Assembly: GCA_951406725.2 (NCBI GenBank)
Contig: OX597815.1
Coordinates: 6,448,001-6,512,000 of the forward strand
Source: Octopus vulgaris
Taxonomy: Eukaryota
Direction: 5' to 3'
DNA: 64,000 nucleotides
Positions 13,791-26,768 of the stretch are shown in pieces; position 1 is the stretch's first letter; each line of letters opens with the position of its first letter. Below the pieces are notes generated by a model. It saw only the letters and a list, made by a program, of their open reading frames with translations. It searched no databases and had not been told where the DNA came from. Position numbers and translations under genes: made by a program.

Positions 13791-13953
13791 CATTGCAATA
13801 ATGTTAGTTTTCGAAAGCAACTTTCAAAATGTCACCCGAGCATCTACTTCTATTGTGACTCTCTTCTGAGGTCAAAGACAATTTTATTTTGGTGATTGGA
13901 ACTCCAAGATTCGCCCAACACTCTGTTGAGTCTTCCTGATCTTCACAATACAC

Positions 13954-14013
<60 letters not shown>

Positions 14014-14149
14014 CATATATATTTATATATACCAAAATTTAGATTCAGATGAATATGGTACTTAAGTTAAAGGCACCAGAATTTTGTATGGTATTATCCA
14101 TATAAATCAAATGGGGTGATTAATTGGAAAATTCTATAAGTGGCTGAAG

Positions 14150-14610
14150 ATTGCTCAACATTTTAAAATTGATGTAATACTTACAGTGTTTAATAAAATG
14201 AAGTAGCATGAAACAATTTGGGGAGAAAAAAAGTGTGGTAGGTTTTCGATCAAAAGGGATCGTAAAAAGGGAAGAAAAAAGCGATCAATAGGAATCGTGT
14301 ATCACAGAAATGTCATGATGTAAAGTGTAAAAGGAGAAGCAGATAAGGTTTATCCGTGGAAAGAAAAGCCTACAGAAAAGATCACGGTAACCTCGGTCAA
14401 TAATGTCACATGTTAATACATTTATTTGCAAGTAAGTAACTCTGTTTAAAATTTTTCCGGGTTCATAGGATCATGCTCAAGGTGGCTTCGTCATTCATAC
14501 TTGCTACATTCACCCATCTTTTTTTGAAACATTCGCTAGACAAAACTTGCCTCTCTACTCGCACTTTCCTCTTCAAGTGATACTTGAAGAAAAACACACT
14601 CGCCGGTAAA
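14150..14610 (-). mobile_element. Tx1/L1-like LINE ORF2 C-terminus and 3' UTR
   Basis: FFKYHLKRKVRVERQVLSSECFKKRWVNVA...*; homologous to the peptide at 22230-22620. Confidence 0.5.
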
Positions 14611-14907
14611 ATTTCCTCTCTAAACGTGCAAAACACAGACTAGGAATTTCGAAAGAAGATTCTGTAAAACTAGCTTTTAAGCATCAAATGGCTATGGGGA
14701 CCCACCAGAACAAAGCAGTAATCAAAAGGGCCCAAAGATAGAAAATGCTTGAGTACCCCTGAACTATGTAATAAATATATGTGAGTGTTTAAATACATAT
14801 TAAGAGAAATATATATTTATACACGCACACAAACACACATATGTATATATTTATGTAGGTATGTGTGCATACATACATGTACAATTATATATATCTATAT
14901 ATCTATA

Positions 14908-14950
<43 letters not shown>

Positions 14951-15182
14951 GTGCGCGGATGTACCCACGGACACACCCGCTCGCACACATGCACACTAGC
15001 ACGCATGCAGCCCCATACCCCTTCCCCCACACAGCATACCGCTGCCTCGTGCAACCAAATTAATTTATGTTCCATATTTATATTTCGTTATCAGTAACTT
15101 TTTCGTCAGAGGAAGGTGAAAACAGTTTTTTATGCTGATATATTTTTGTAATCGCAGCAGGTCTGTCTGCACCCCTCCCGCC

Positions 15183-15243
<61 letters not shown>

Positions 15244-15424
15244 TGCGTGCGTGCGTGTATGTGAAGTATATTTGCCATCTAAATGTGGCTAAACACTGAG
15301 GGTGGATGCTACTGTAGCTTGTAGCCCCAGGAGAACATCTCAAGTTGACTTTCTGTGCCCTATCAGTATTTGCAAAGGGAAGCCATCCTTCCCATCGTCG
15401 ACCTGACGTGATACGCACGGACCC

Positions 15425-15490
<66 letters not shown>

Positions 15491-15492
<2 letters not shown>

Positions 15493-15601
15493 GTTCAGTC
15501 CCACTGCGTGGCACCTTGGGCAAGTGTCTTCTACTAGAGCCCCGGGCCGACCAAAACCTTGTGAGTGGATTTGGTAGACGGAAACTGAAAGAAGCCCGTC
15601 G

Positions 15602-15651
<50 letters not shown>

Positions 15652-15847
15652 TGTGTTTGTTCCCCACCATCGCTTGACAACCGATGTTGGTGTGTCCCCC
15701 GACCCCCAGTAACTTAGCGGTTGGTAAAAGACCGATTGAATAAGTACTAGGCTTACAAAGAATAAATCCTGGGCTCGATTTGCCCGACAGAAGGTGGTGC
15801 TCCAGCATGGCCTCAGTCAAATGACTGAAACATACAAACAAATAAAG

Positions 15848-15850
<3 letters not shown>
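15491..15850 (+). mobile_element. SINE family A, 5' truncated at the B box
   Basis: Family A homology. Confidence 0.85.
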
Positions 15851-15898
<48 letters not shown>

Positions 15899-16054
15899 CT
15901 ACGGTTTTAGTGCTAGAGTCGACCACATAATGGTCACTCTCTTATATTTACGTATAAAATTTATTGTATTCCTGGTTTTTATGCACTAAGCCACTTGGTG
16001 TTAAATTGATGGTACTATTAAATTAGTATCCAATTTTCTCACCCTTATTAGTTG

Positions 16055-16143
<89 letters not shown>

Positions 16144-16207
16144 GTATGTATATCTATAATAAAATACAAAAAGGGGATAACAAAACATCCAGATAGACGA
16201 TACAAAA

Positions 16208-16248
<41 letters not shown>

Positions 16249-16414
16249 GGCAGGCAGGCAGACAGAGACATACACACACTCACGCATACAAATATATATG
16301 TGAAAACATTCTTTAGACAAAAATCATGTAATTTAATAAAGGTATGTGATACACGAAATATCCTTTGAGCAAGATGACGAAATTCAATCCAAAACAGTTT
16401 CATTTTCTTTTATT

Positions 16415-16563
<149 letters not shown>

Positions 16564-16689
16564 AAATACAAAAGGGGACAACAAGACATCCAGATAGACG
16601 ATACAAAAAGAGAGACAGACAGGCAGACAGACAGACAGGCAGACAGGCAGGCAGACAGACAGACAGAGACATACACACACTCACACACA

Positions 16690-17880
16690 CATACACACAC
16701 TCAATGCTATCAAGCGCAGATGTTTTAACTTTCATGCTTCGTTCAAATTGTGGATCAATTTGCTCAAAGCTACGAGTTGCTTCAGCAAAGCACTTTTCCT
16801 TTCTTTAATTCTGTTTTCTTTTTCGTTTTTAGATAAGATATCTGTTGTTTCAACCAGTTGTGAAGTTCTTTTAGTAACCTGGAACCTTTACGCGCACGCA
16901 TACACACACACACACACAGCCGTTGAATAAATAGAACAGCATTAAGGGGGATATCGAATGGAATATGTATAGGTCTTGACTGCATAATATGTTAATTAGT
17001 AATACGAAGACGATTCATAGTTATTGAGAAGGAACTTAGGAGAAATAATTAGAATACCCAGTCGGCAATTTGATCGACATAGCATTGAGTAACATTTGAA
17101 GGAGTTCTGTAAATAAATGTAAAAGATGGTGAGAAATCTCACGGAGCAAAGCGACAAGACTCCGCATGGACGGCTGGATGGCTCCAGCTGAGATTTGATT
17201 CGCCAGATTTTTATAACTCAAAGTAGTTATTCCAGAAAATTCGACTGGACTATTTGGCAGGAAGATTGCCGCTTACTTGGTTACACATCAGCCCGTTTGA
17301 TTGGTCGAGCCAAGTTCGCGCAGACGTAAATGCCTTTGAGGCGATACAATGAATTTTTCGTAACTGACTTAGCCTTTTATTGTAGTAGGTAGAGTATTCC
17401 GTAGTCGTGAGCCAGGAAACCTTTGAACACGATGGTTTAAAAGCTCAACGGGAGACTCGCCACACTCTCTTATTCGTCAATTTCTTTAATGTCTTGATTT
17501 GAGAGTCACGTTATCAACATGACTATTACATCCTTAATCAATTTCTATAAGTCCTACTTCCTGCACCATTTGTACAAAGGTCCACTGAAGCTTTTCTCAC
17601 TATATTGAGACAGTTTAGCCAAATCCCAATGAGACGCGAATTTACTTCCTTCCCATATATATTTCGTAGATTTTATTGCTTACATAATATCGCAATTTTC
17701 CCAGAATCCTCTGGCAGACATATTTATGATTAGTCGATGTAATTAACTATCTTAAATTCTTCTCAGATTGTTTGCTTTCAAAATGGAAATAACTCCCTGA
17801 TCGATAGACTTATGACAGTGAAATTGGGTTTGGTTGAATAAGACGATTGTCCACCAACTGTTTCACGTTTGGAGTAAATT
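16690..17880 (-). mobile_element. Heavily decayed pogo/Tigger-like transposase remnant
   Basis: SIDQGVISILK (QPMDQGVI motif) near 17790 and [15 protein letters not shown]...ECVY near 16700-16770; the middle part is unassigned. Confidence 0.5.
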
Positions 17881-18208
17881 GAGATTGAAAGAATGGACAG
17901 AGACGTTGGCCAAAAGCAGGAATGCTTTGGTCTTGGAATTATTCGGCAGAAATTTACAGAGAGTTTTGTACATGCTACTTATGTATATGATGTGATACAA
18001 TGTGTGACAAGACCAGACCAATTAATTGTAAGAACAATCTGCCTAGCGGGATTCCTCACGGTATCCGTCTACTCAATTTCCCTGACAAGGCTTCGGTGGA
18101 CAGATGCCTATGGCTTTTACCTTTTCATCTCTTATCTTTTAATTGTTTCAGTCATTAGACTGCGACCGTGCTGGAGCACCGCTTTGAAGTATTTTTTAAT
18201 TGAATGAA

Positions 18209-18576
18209 TCGAAATTTCCCCAAGACACCTGATGAAGGCTGGAGGGTATATCAGCCGAAACGTTGTGTTAAAAACAAACAAGATAAGGACAAATGCCCGT
18301 CAAATGTAAGTAATCTACATATTTCCTCATTATTTACATTATTTACATTCGACGGATATTTGTCCTCATCTTGTTTGTTTTTGACACAACGTTTCGGCTC
18401 ATATACCCTCCAGCCTTCTTCATGTTTCTTGGGGGAAATTTCGACCCTGGGTTCTCATTCCTAAGGTATTTTTCGATGTTATTATTATTATTATTATTGT
18501 TCATGTCACTGCTTGGAATCGAACTCGGAATCTTGGGGTTAGTAGCTCGCGCTCTTAACCACTACGCCATATGCCC
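18209..18576 (-). mobile_element. tRNA-headed SINE-like element with a PLE-type hammerhead 3' end and an inverted duplication of that end
   Basis: A box TGGCGTAGTGG (18559-18569), B box GAGTTCGATTCC (18515-18526), (AAT)n, mutated HHR at 18383-18428; 18209-18316 is an inverted copy of 18344-18444. Confidence 0.8.
18224..18269 (+). ncRNA. Minimal type I hammerhead ribozyme motif, intact core
   Basis: gacac CTGATGA a-ggctg-gagggtatat-cagcc GAAA cg TT gtgtt. Confidence 0.85.
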
Positions 18577-18936
18577 AGACCCGCCACTGAGGGCAATTCA
18601 AAAGACGTCTTAAGGAATTTAACAATTTTACGTTTAACACGGAAAATATGTTTTAAAATTATTTCATGGCACGTCAGTCAGTAATCGGTGTCTTGTGAGT
18701 GATTTGTTGAGAAGCTTTGGAATCAAGATTCACTGCACAGCTAACTGTATGACCTGATTGAACCGATATAGCTAATCTACATAAGCCGATTGTCTAAAAT
18801 AATCTGATTTATTTGTATTTTCCCACGAGACAAATTAACGGTCTGTTAAATTTGTCTGATAAATTCTTGTATTCCTGGCAATTTATTCCCATAATCTTGA
18901 GCGTATTTTTATGGCGATATTTTGTGATGTTTCGTT

Positions 18937-19335
18937 AAGGCGGCGAAAAGACAGAATCGTTAGCACGCCGGGCGAAATGCTTTGCGGTATTTCGTCTGCC
19001 GCTACGTTCTGAGTTCAAATTCCGCCGAGGTCGACTTTGCCTTTCATCCTTTCGGGGTCAATAAATTAAGTACCAGTTACGCACTGGGGTCGATTTAAGC
19101 GACTTAATCTCTTTGTCTGTCCTTGTTTGTCCCCTTGTGAGCAATAAAGAAATAAGAATCGTTAGCACGCCGGGCGAAATGCTTAGCGGTATTTCGTCTG
19201 CCGTTACGTTCTGAGTTCAAATTCCGCCAAGGTCTACTTCGCCTTTCATCCTCACGAGGTCGATAACAATAAGTTCCAGTTAAACACTGAGGTCAAAGTA
19301 ATCAACCTACCTTTCCCCTGAAATTGCTGGCCTCG
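18937..19335 (+). mobile_element. SINE family B, dimer
   Basis: Head AAGGCGGCGA..GGCAGAATCGTTAGC, B box GAGTTCAAATTCC, central GTCGACTTTGCCTTTCATCCTTTCGGGGTC domain. Confidence 0.85.
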
Positions 19336-19336
19336 C

Positions 19337-19660
19337 GGAAAGTGTAACCTCTCGAAAGAGCTGTTCTTCTCTCCTGCTCCAGAGCGTCGGCTGCGGGGTC
19401 ACTCCGAAAAGCTCTATCTGCGACGATTTCATCTTAATCGAAGGAGAGGGGCTTTCTCCGTCCGGGTTGCGGATCCGTGGAATAAGCTGCCGGACGAGAT
19501 GGTGAAGATGCCGACGACCGCTCGGTTCAAAGTCTCCCTTGACCAGAAATGGCCTGAACTCTTTACATGAACACCACCCTGTGCATAACTCCATGTCCCC
19601 CTACATGGCCTTGCTTTTTGCTTTTTGAGCCCAAAAGTTAACTAACTAACAAACTAACAA
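19337..19660 (+). mobile_element. CR1-clade LINE 3' end
   Basis: RLRGHSEKLYLRRFHLNRRRGAFSVRVADPWNKLPDEMVKMPTTARFKVSLD...stop at 19568-19570, short UTR, (TAAC)n tail. Confidence 0.85.
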
Positions 19661-19949
19661 AACCAATATATTATATCGTTTCGTTAAGAAATTTTGGCGA
19701 GATATTGAAAAGCAAACCCTCTTTTTCCTTCTCTCTTTCCATTCCTTACAAAGGTCATCGAAAAAATACAAAAGGACCCAAAAGGAAAAAAAGAAAAAAG
19801 AAAAGAACACATTTTCAAAACACACACACACGCATATTCTCTCTCTTTCACCTTCTCCATCCCTCTATTCCCCGATCACTCCCCCCTCTCTCTCTTTCTT
19901 TCGCCTTCTCCATCCCTCTATTCATCATTACACACACACACTCTCTCTT

Positions 19950-20007
<58 letters not shown>

Positions 20008-20199
20008 CTTCATTCACCAATAATATAAAAACAGGCAAAACTCTGCAAACTTACATTTCTGACGAAACTACAGCAGTGGTTGAAAGCGCTTAAATATCTA
20101 ATTAGATATGTGATTTGAAGAAATAATATGTGTTATGTAAATATATATATATATATATTTATATAAAACCATCCAACATTCTGATCGCCTTTTTCTTTC

Positions 20200-20224
20200 A
20201 TATATATATATATATATATATCTT

Positions 20225-20273
<49 letters not shown>

Positions 20274-20313
20274 CTATCTAATCTATATGTCTGTATGTCT
20301 GTCTGTCTGCCTG

Positions 20314-20357
<44 letters not shown>

Positions 20358-20540
20358 CTTTGTTTATCTACCTATCTATCTACCTGTCTATCTACCTATC
20401 TATCTATTTACCTACCTGCCTATTTACCTACCTAACTACCTACCCACCTACCTACTTACCAACCTACCTACCTACCTACCTACCTACCGACCTACCTACC
20501 GGCCTGCCAATCGCCCTACCTATCTCACTGTATCTATCTA
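20200..20540. repeat. Graded TA > TATC > TACC microsatellite
   Basis: Direct reading. Confidence 0.9.
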
Positions 20541-20734
20541 TATCTCTGTCTCGCCTCCTAATTATTATAATTATCGCTTATGTTGTTCCATACACTAAAT
20601 ACGTCAACCCTCAGCCAAGTCGTGGCTACTTCATTTATTTATAGAAGCCGTAAGAGGAGATGACACCTGATACGAGGGACCGTCTTCTGTGATTCAGGAA
20701 GGTGAAGCTACAGGTCAACGGTATTGGTGACACT

Positions 20735-20770
<36 letters not shown>

Positions 20771-20888
20771 CGGATCTTTTCCTTTTGAACGGCACGTCAA
20801 CACAATTTCTAGTTAACTAAACACTTTAAAATGTCGTATACTGGTAGTAGTAATGGTGGTGGTGGTGGTGGTGGTGGTGGTGGTGGTG

Positions 20889-20938
<50 letters not shown>

Positions 20939-21639
20939 TGTAGTAGTAGTAGTAGTAAAAGTAGTAGTATGGGTTTGTGCACTATAACAGAGCGTCGCTG
21001 CGTCGACCGTTTGTTGACGATTCCCTACTCCTGGCGGTTAACACTCTTTTTTTGCACCACTCAGGTTTACAACCTTCCAGCCCGTGGGTCTGTTTCGGTT
21101 TCTACCTCAACCCCTTTTAGTCGCCCCTTTTACGACACGCAGAGCAAACGCTGGATCTATTCGTTGGCATGCGGGTCCCTTCGCAGAGCTAGAGCAACGT
21201 CGGGGAAATGAAACCATTCAACGTAAGAAAGCCGATCGCTGTATTTCTGTCATGGAGAACGTTTGTTACCATTGACCAGAGATGGGGGAATATTTTAATG
21301 CGGCGGGCAAAAGTTTCCCAAGAAAAAGGTCCGCGGGTGCATCACAAGTTCTAACTCTTATATCTGTGCAAATCTTGTATATATATATACATTCCTTTGG
21401 AATGAAAACATGCTGTCTTCGAAACATGTGTCGAGAGTAAAGGAATTTTGTTAACATCTTCGTTCGACTCCATTCTTTCATTTATTCATATACAACACAC
21501 AAATTTCTGCACATGAACCCGGAGGTTCTACCCTTGGACAGGTCGCTTCAACAGTGTTTCTGACGTGAATTTGCTACCCAGGTTTCGGTTAAACGAATTT
21601 TCCATGCTGACAATAAACATATGATAATTCATTCACCTA

Positions 21640-21710
<71 letters not shown>

Positions 21711-21713
<3 letters not shown>

Positions 21714-21912
21714 TAATCCAAACAAGAAAGCACAAAAAAACACAACAACGGGAGGACGTGGAACAAATATAGTATTATTGGACGCTCAGGAAAGAAGGAA
21801 AGAAGGAGGGTTTAACGTTTCGAGCGGAGCTCTTCGTCGGAAACATAGGAGAAGGAAAGATCCAGAGAAGGGAAGACAGAGGGGAAAAAATCGCCAACGG
21901 AACACACGAGGT

Positions 21913-21918
<6 letters not shown>
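21711..21918 (-). mobile_element. PLE-type family P1 copy, HHR motif 21810-21844 (CCGACGA core)
   Basis: Near identical to 12033-12241; between TA tracts. Confidence 0.8.
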
Positions 21919-21975
<57 letters not shown>

Positions 21976-22229
21976 TGTATGTATGTATGTATGTATGTAT
22001 GTATGTATAATTCGATATACATTGATAAGTTTAACACGTTAGATTAACGCGTGGTTTTTTTTATTTCCCACAAGGGGACAATACAGTCTGATTGGGGTCA
22101 GATGGACGGATGGATATAAGATAAAGATGACATTAAAAATTCACAAAAATATAAATAAATCGAATGATAGGACAGACCACAAGACATTATGGATGGAGCC
22201 CCGCCTCGCCACTGATACCTCGGATAGGT

Positions 22230-22620
22230 CCTGTGTCGCATTCTTGAAGTTACATTCACTCGCAACATCCGTGCTTACATTCTTCCATCGATTTTCAAAC
22301 ATTTTCACAGCCAGGCATTTTCTCTCCAACCCTATCTTCCTTTTTAAGGCGAAAGGTGAAATAATTCACCAAATTACGGCCGGAGATGAAAGTGCCTGGC
22401 TTCAATCCTTTCTGTCTCGTCTTCCAAATCACCTCTCTCGCAATTTCTACTACAAGGAGAAAACAATTCTTACCTTCATTCGAAAGGAAAATTAGGCGGG
22501 TCAGTTTTTACTATAGACTCAGTCGATAGCTGTACTCTTCGAGTACTTGACAACAGTTCTTCGGCATAAACCCACGTCTAACGCGTAACATCTTCATTAA
22601 TGCCGCCACTGAATTTAGGA
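22230..22620 (-). mobile_element. Tx1/L1-like LINE ORF2 C-terminal remnant
   Basis: EIAREVIWKTR...YFTFRL / RKIGLERKCLAVKMFENRWKNV with frameshift; IWxxR motif of L1/Tx1 C-termini. Confidence 0.6.
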
Positions 22621-22638
22621 CGTTTATATTACTTATGG

Positions 22639-22953
22639 TGGAGGCGCAATGGCCCAATGATTAGGGCAGCGGACTCGCGGTCGCAGGATCGCGGTTTCGA
22701 TTCCCAGACCGGGCGTTGTGAGTGTTTATTGAGCGAAAACACCTAAAAAGTTCCACGAGGCTCCTGCAGGGGGTGGTGATCCCTGCTGTACTCTTTCACC
22801 ACTCTTTCTCCCACTCTTTCTTCTGTTGGCCTGCTCGCTTAGCCAGCGGGGTGACGTCATTCGAAGGCTAAAACAATGCGAACGCATTGTGACCAGCGAT
22901 GTGTAACAACATCTGATGGTCTGGTCGGTCACGTGATCACGTGATCACGTGAT
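22639..22953 (+). mobile_element. SINE family C
   Basis: GGAGGCGCAATGGCCCA.TG.TTAGGGC head, GGTTTCGATTCCC B box, (CACGTGAT)n tail; copies at 31607 and 53049. Confidence 0.9.
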
Positions 22954-23169
22954 ATTACTTATGAGGTATTCCATATTTTTCAGCTTGAGTGTAGTTTGGC
23001 CTCAAGGGGGTGGTACAAACCTAGCAATATGTGTTTTATAGTGAAAAAAAAATTCCTATTCAAATGGCAATCACCAGACGATTTTCTGTTCGAGTCTGAC
23101 TGTTTTAAGTCATAGTGGAAACGCGACGACCTAGGTCGCAAATAGTGGAAACGAATATTGTATACATTT

Positions 23170-23384
23170 TATTCTTTTACTCTTTTACTTGTTTCAGTCA
23201 TTTGACTGCGGCCATGCTGGAGCACTGGCATTAGTCGAGCAAAACGACCCCAGGACTTATTCATTGTAAGCCTAGTACTTATTCTATCGGTCTCTTTTGC
23301 CGAACCGCTAAGTTACGGGGACGTAAACACACCAGCATCGGTTGTCAAGCGATATTGGGGGGACAAACATAGACACACAAACAT

Positions 23385-23436
<52 letters not shown>

Positions 23437-23585
23437 GACGGGCTTCTTCCAGTTTCCGTCTACCAAATCCACTCACAATGCTTTGGTCGGCCCAAGGCTA
23501 TAGTAGAAGACGTTTGCCCAAGGTTCCATGCAGTGGGACTGAACCCAGAACCATGTGGTTGGTAAGCAAGCTACTTACCACGCAG
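23170..23585 (-). mobile_element. SINE family A
   Basis: Family A homology. Confidence 0.9.
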
Positions 23586-24795
23586 CTAAAAATGTACTAT
23601 ATTTTGTACATATGAGTATATCAGCCTGCTGGCATAATAAAATGGACGCGAGGGTGCAATTTCGCCCGCGGGCGGGGATTTCCCCACCCCTGCTATAGAC
23701 AAATAGGTGTGTAGCGCACACTCTAGTGAAATTCCTCTCTTCTTTATTATATAATAGTGCATTCGAACGTAGTAGATAACAGCTAACCTTTGGACGGCGT
23801 TTTAGACCCCATAGTATCTACCACTCTGATTGGTTGGTATTGGCGCTATTTGTTTCTTACTCTGTCGCGTGCCAATATGCAACCTAACCAATCGCAGCCT
23901 CCAAATAAATCACGTGAGATAGTCTGTTCACAACTCCAGTTTTGAGCCTACTGTTACTTACAAAACCTCGAGTTCTTGTCTTGAAGTCTTTTGGTTCCAG
24001 ATCTTCTAAGGTCTAACCACTGACCACACGACACATACAGTTCCAGCGACGACGCCAGACAATACCCGTCCAACTGCATTACAGCGACCTGCATCTTCGC
24101 CGCCACCATCATGTCTCTCACCAACGTCGTCAACAACATCTCTACATACACAGCACCAGCAACACTGCACAGGTTTTAACATAGCGCTGTTCGTGAGCTA
24201 CAACACCATGGTTAACAGCAAACGCACAACCTACGCAGATGCATGTAAATATATGAATAAATGTTCTCGAAACCTTCTACTCGGCTGTGTCTCTCTTTTC
24301 TAGCTGGCACTTTATACATATTGTTTCAGCCTTTTGATATAAATTGTTTAGATGGTTACACTACACGCAATCACCCGGCATGTTTGGGTTCCTACCTCAA
24401 CCCCTTTTAGTCGCTCCTTTTACGACCATCTACAGGTGTAAATACATTGAATCAGCTCACAGCCCCCACTAACCAGACTGTAGGATGCAAGCATTTCGGA
24501 GTGGTTATCTACTCTTCAGCAACAGAGAACAGAAAGGCAAGCGCTACGAGCCGACACGAGAGACAGGTCCCTCTTATGATGTTCCCGTCATCATTCAATG
24601 ACTGGTTGTGCTATTCAGCGACTGTCTGTGAATAAAACATGCGGGGTGACAGCGCTAAGCTAAACTAAATACCAACTTGTGACCAGTTCAAACATTGCTT
24701 GAGGCATTTTCAAACTCGTAAGAAAGCCATTCAAGATATTTTGTCACACAACAAGCAACTTGTTTGTAGTTATACTGACATTTTATATTTGAAAT

Positions 24796-24834
<39 letters not shown>

Positions 24835-25144
24835 TGAATATAACCAAATTTAAACAGCAGCTGAAATTCACTGTAAGATGTACACAGTAATGGTAGAATA
24901 CTTGTTTTATTGAACATAATAATAATAAGACTGTGGCTTCGAAGTTTCGCCGACAGCAGCAGTTATATAATCTATGAGCACGCATGCGCATAAATTGATA
25001 TGATAGCTGCTCTCAAATGTCGTTATTGTTCTCGTTGTTGTCGTGATGTCACTTCTAACGAAGCAAACATGTAATCAACGGTGTTCCAGCCATGGCCCTC
25101 ATGCCTTTTTATTTCTAAATATAATTTGCCCCACACTTCATTAT

Positions 25145-25905
25145 CCTATTTCTTTACTAACCACAAGGGGCTAAACACAGAGGGGACAGACAAACGGATT
25201 CAGTCGATTACATCGACCCCAGTGCGTAACTGGTAGTTAATTTATCGACCCCGAAAGGATAAAAGGCAAAGTCGACCTCGGTGGAATTTGAACTCAGAAC
25301 GTAACGGCAGACGAAATACCTATTTCTTTACTACCCACAAGGGGCTAAGCATAGAGAGGACAAACAAGGACAGACAAACGGATTAAGTCGATTACATCGA
25401 CCCCAGTGCGTAACTGGTAGTTAATTAATCGACCCCGAAAGGATGAAAGGCAAAGTCGACCTCGGCGGAATTTGAAATCAGAACGTAGCGGCAGACGAAA
25501 TACCTATTTCTTTACTAACCACATGGGGCTAAACACAAAGGGGACAAACAAGGACAGACAAACGGATTAAGTCGATTACATCGACCCCAGTGCGTAACTG
25601 GTAGTTAATTTATCGACCCCGAAAGGATGAAAGGCAAAGTCGACCTCGGCGGAATTTGAACTCAGAACGTAGCGGCAGACGAAATACCTATTTCTTTACT
25701 ACCCACAAGGGGCTAAACACAAAGGGGACAAACAAGGACAGACAAACGGATTAAGTCGATTACATCGACCCCAGTGCGTAACTGGTACTTAATTTATCGA
25801 CCCCAAAAGGATGAAAGGCAAAGTCGACCTCGGCGGAATTTGAACTCAGAACGTAACGGCAGACGAAACACCGCTAAGCATTTCGCCCGGCGTGCTAACG
25901 TTTCT
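25145..25905 (-). mobile_element. SINE family B tandem array: one head and four about 184-bp bodies
   Basis: CCTATTTC junction at 25145, 25319, 25503 and 25687. Confidence 0.9.
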
Positions 25906-26222
25906 CATTATCCAAAGCCTCCATTTTTTCTCTTCTCTTTTCAAGACAGTAAAATATACTTTTGAAGGAGATTTGGCTATTATTTCTAGCTGATTCAGCG
26001 ACCATACAGAGGCTTTCTTGTTGACTCTTCTCTTTCCTCCTCCGGTTTAATTGTTTTTGGTTACTATAGCAACATAGTCAGCTGTCGATGTCGCGTTTTG
26101 TCGCATGAGATGACTGGCTGCGTTGGCTGCAGCTGCGACTTGCACTTGCCGCCGCAACCGAAACTGCTGCCTGGCAGTCGGGTATCAAGTTGACAGTCGG
26201 GTATCAGTTAGGTTTCGGGGTG

Positions 26223-26768
26223 TGAAGACGCGTGACTAAGTGGTTAGGGTACTCGGCTCGCGATCGTGGGGTTGTGAGTTCGATTCCCGGCAGCGCGTTG
26301 AGTCACTGAACAAGACACTTTAGTTCACGTTGCTCCAGTCCACTCGTCTAACAAAAACGAATTATACCAGTAATTGAAGCGGGGTCAGCCTTGTCACATT
26401 GAGTCTCCTCCCTGAGGTTCTGTGTCTGTGGCGTACTCAACCACTTGCACGTTGCTTCAGTCCACTCGTCTAACAAAAACGAATTATACCAGTAATTGAA
26501 GCGGGGTCAGCCTTGTTACATTGAGTCTCCTCCCTGAGGTTCTGTGTCTGTGGCGTACTCAACCACTTGCACGTTGCTCCAAACCACTCGTCTAACAAAA
26601 ACGAATTATACCAGTAATTGAAGCGGGGTCAGCCTTGTCACATTGAGTCTGCTCCCTGAGGTTCTGTGTCTGTGGCGTACTCAACCACTTGCACGTTAAT
26701 TTCACGAGCAAGCTGTTCCGTTAATCGGATCAACGGGTACCCTCATCGTCGCAACCGACGGAGAACCA
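26223..26768 (+). mobile_element. SINE family D with an internal 122-bp triplication
   Basis: CACGTT at 26326, 26448, 26570 and 26692 delimits three near-identical units. Confidence 0.85.

Noticed and set aside
19307-19594. 95-aa minus ORF in GC-richer DNA that looked like an exon
   Set aside because: The opposite strand encodes a clear CR1 LINE C-terminus.
22639-22720. SINE heads (families A-D) as tRNA genes
   Set aside because: They keep A and B boxes but not a complete cloverleaf, and they continue into shared SINE bodies.
23820-23920. Several CCAAT boxes and an E-box as a possible promoter
   Set aside because: No associated gene or exon is identifiable, and short motifs are expected by chance or within repeats.
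25145-25905. Regular arrays that could be taken for CRISPR or satellite
   Set aside because: The units are homologous over their whole length with no unique spacers, they match a dispersed SINE, and the context is eukaryotic.
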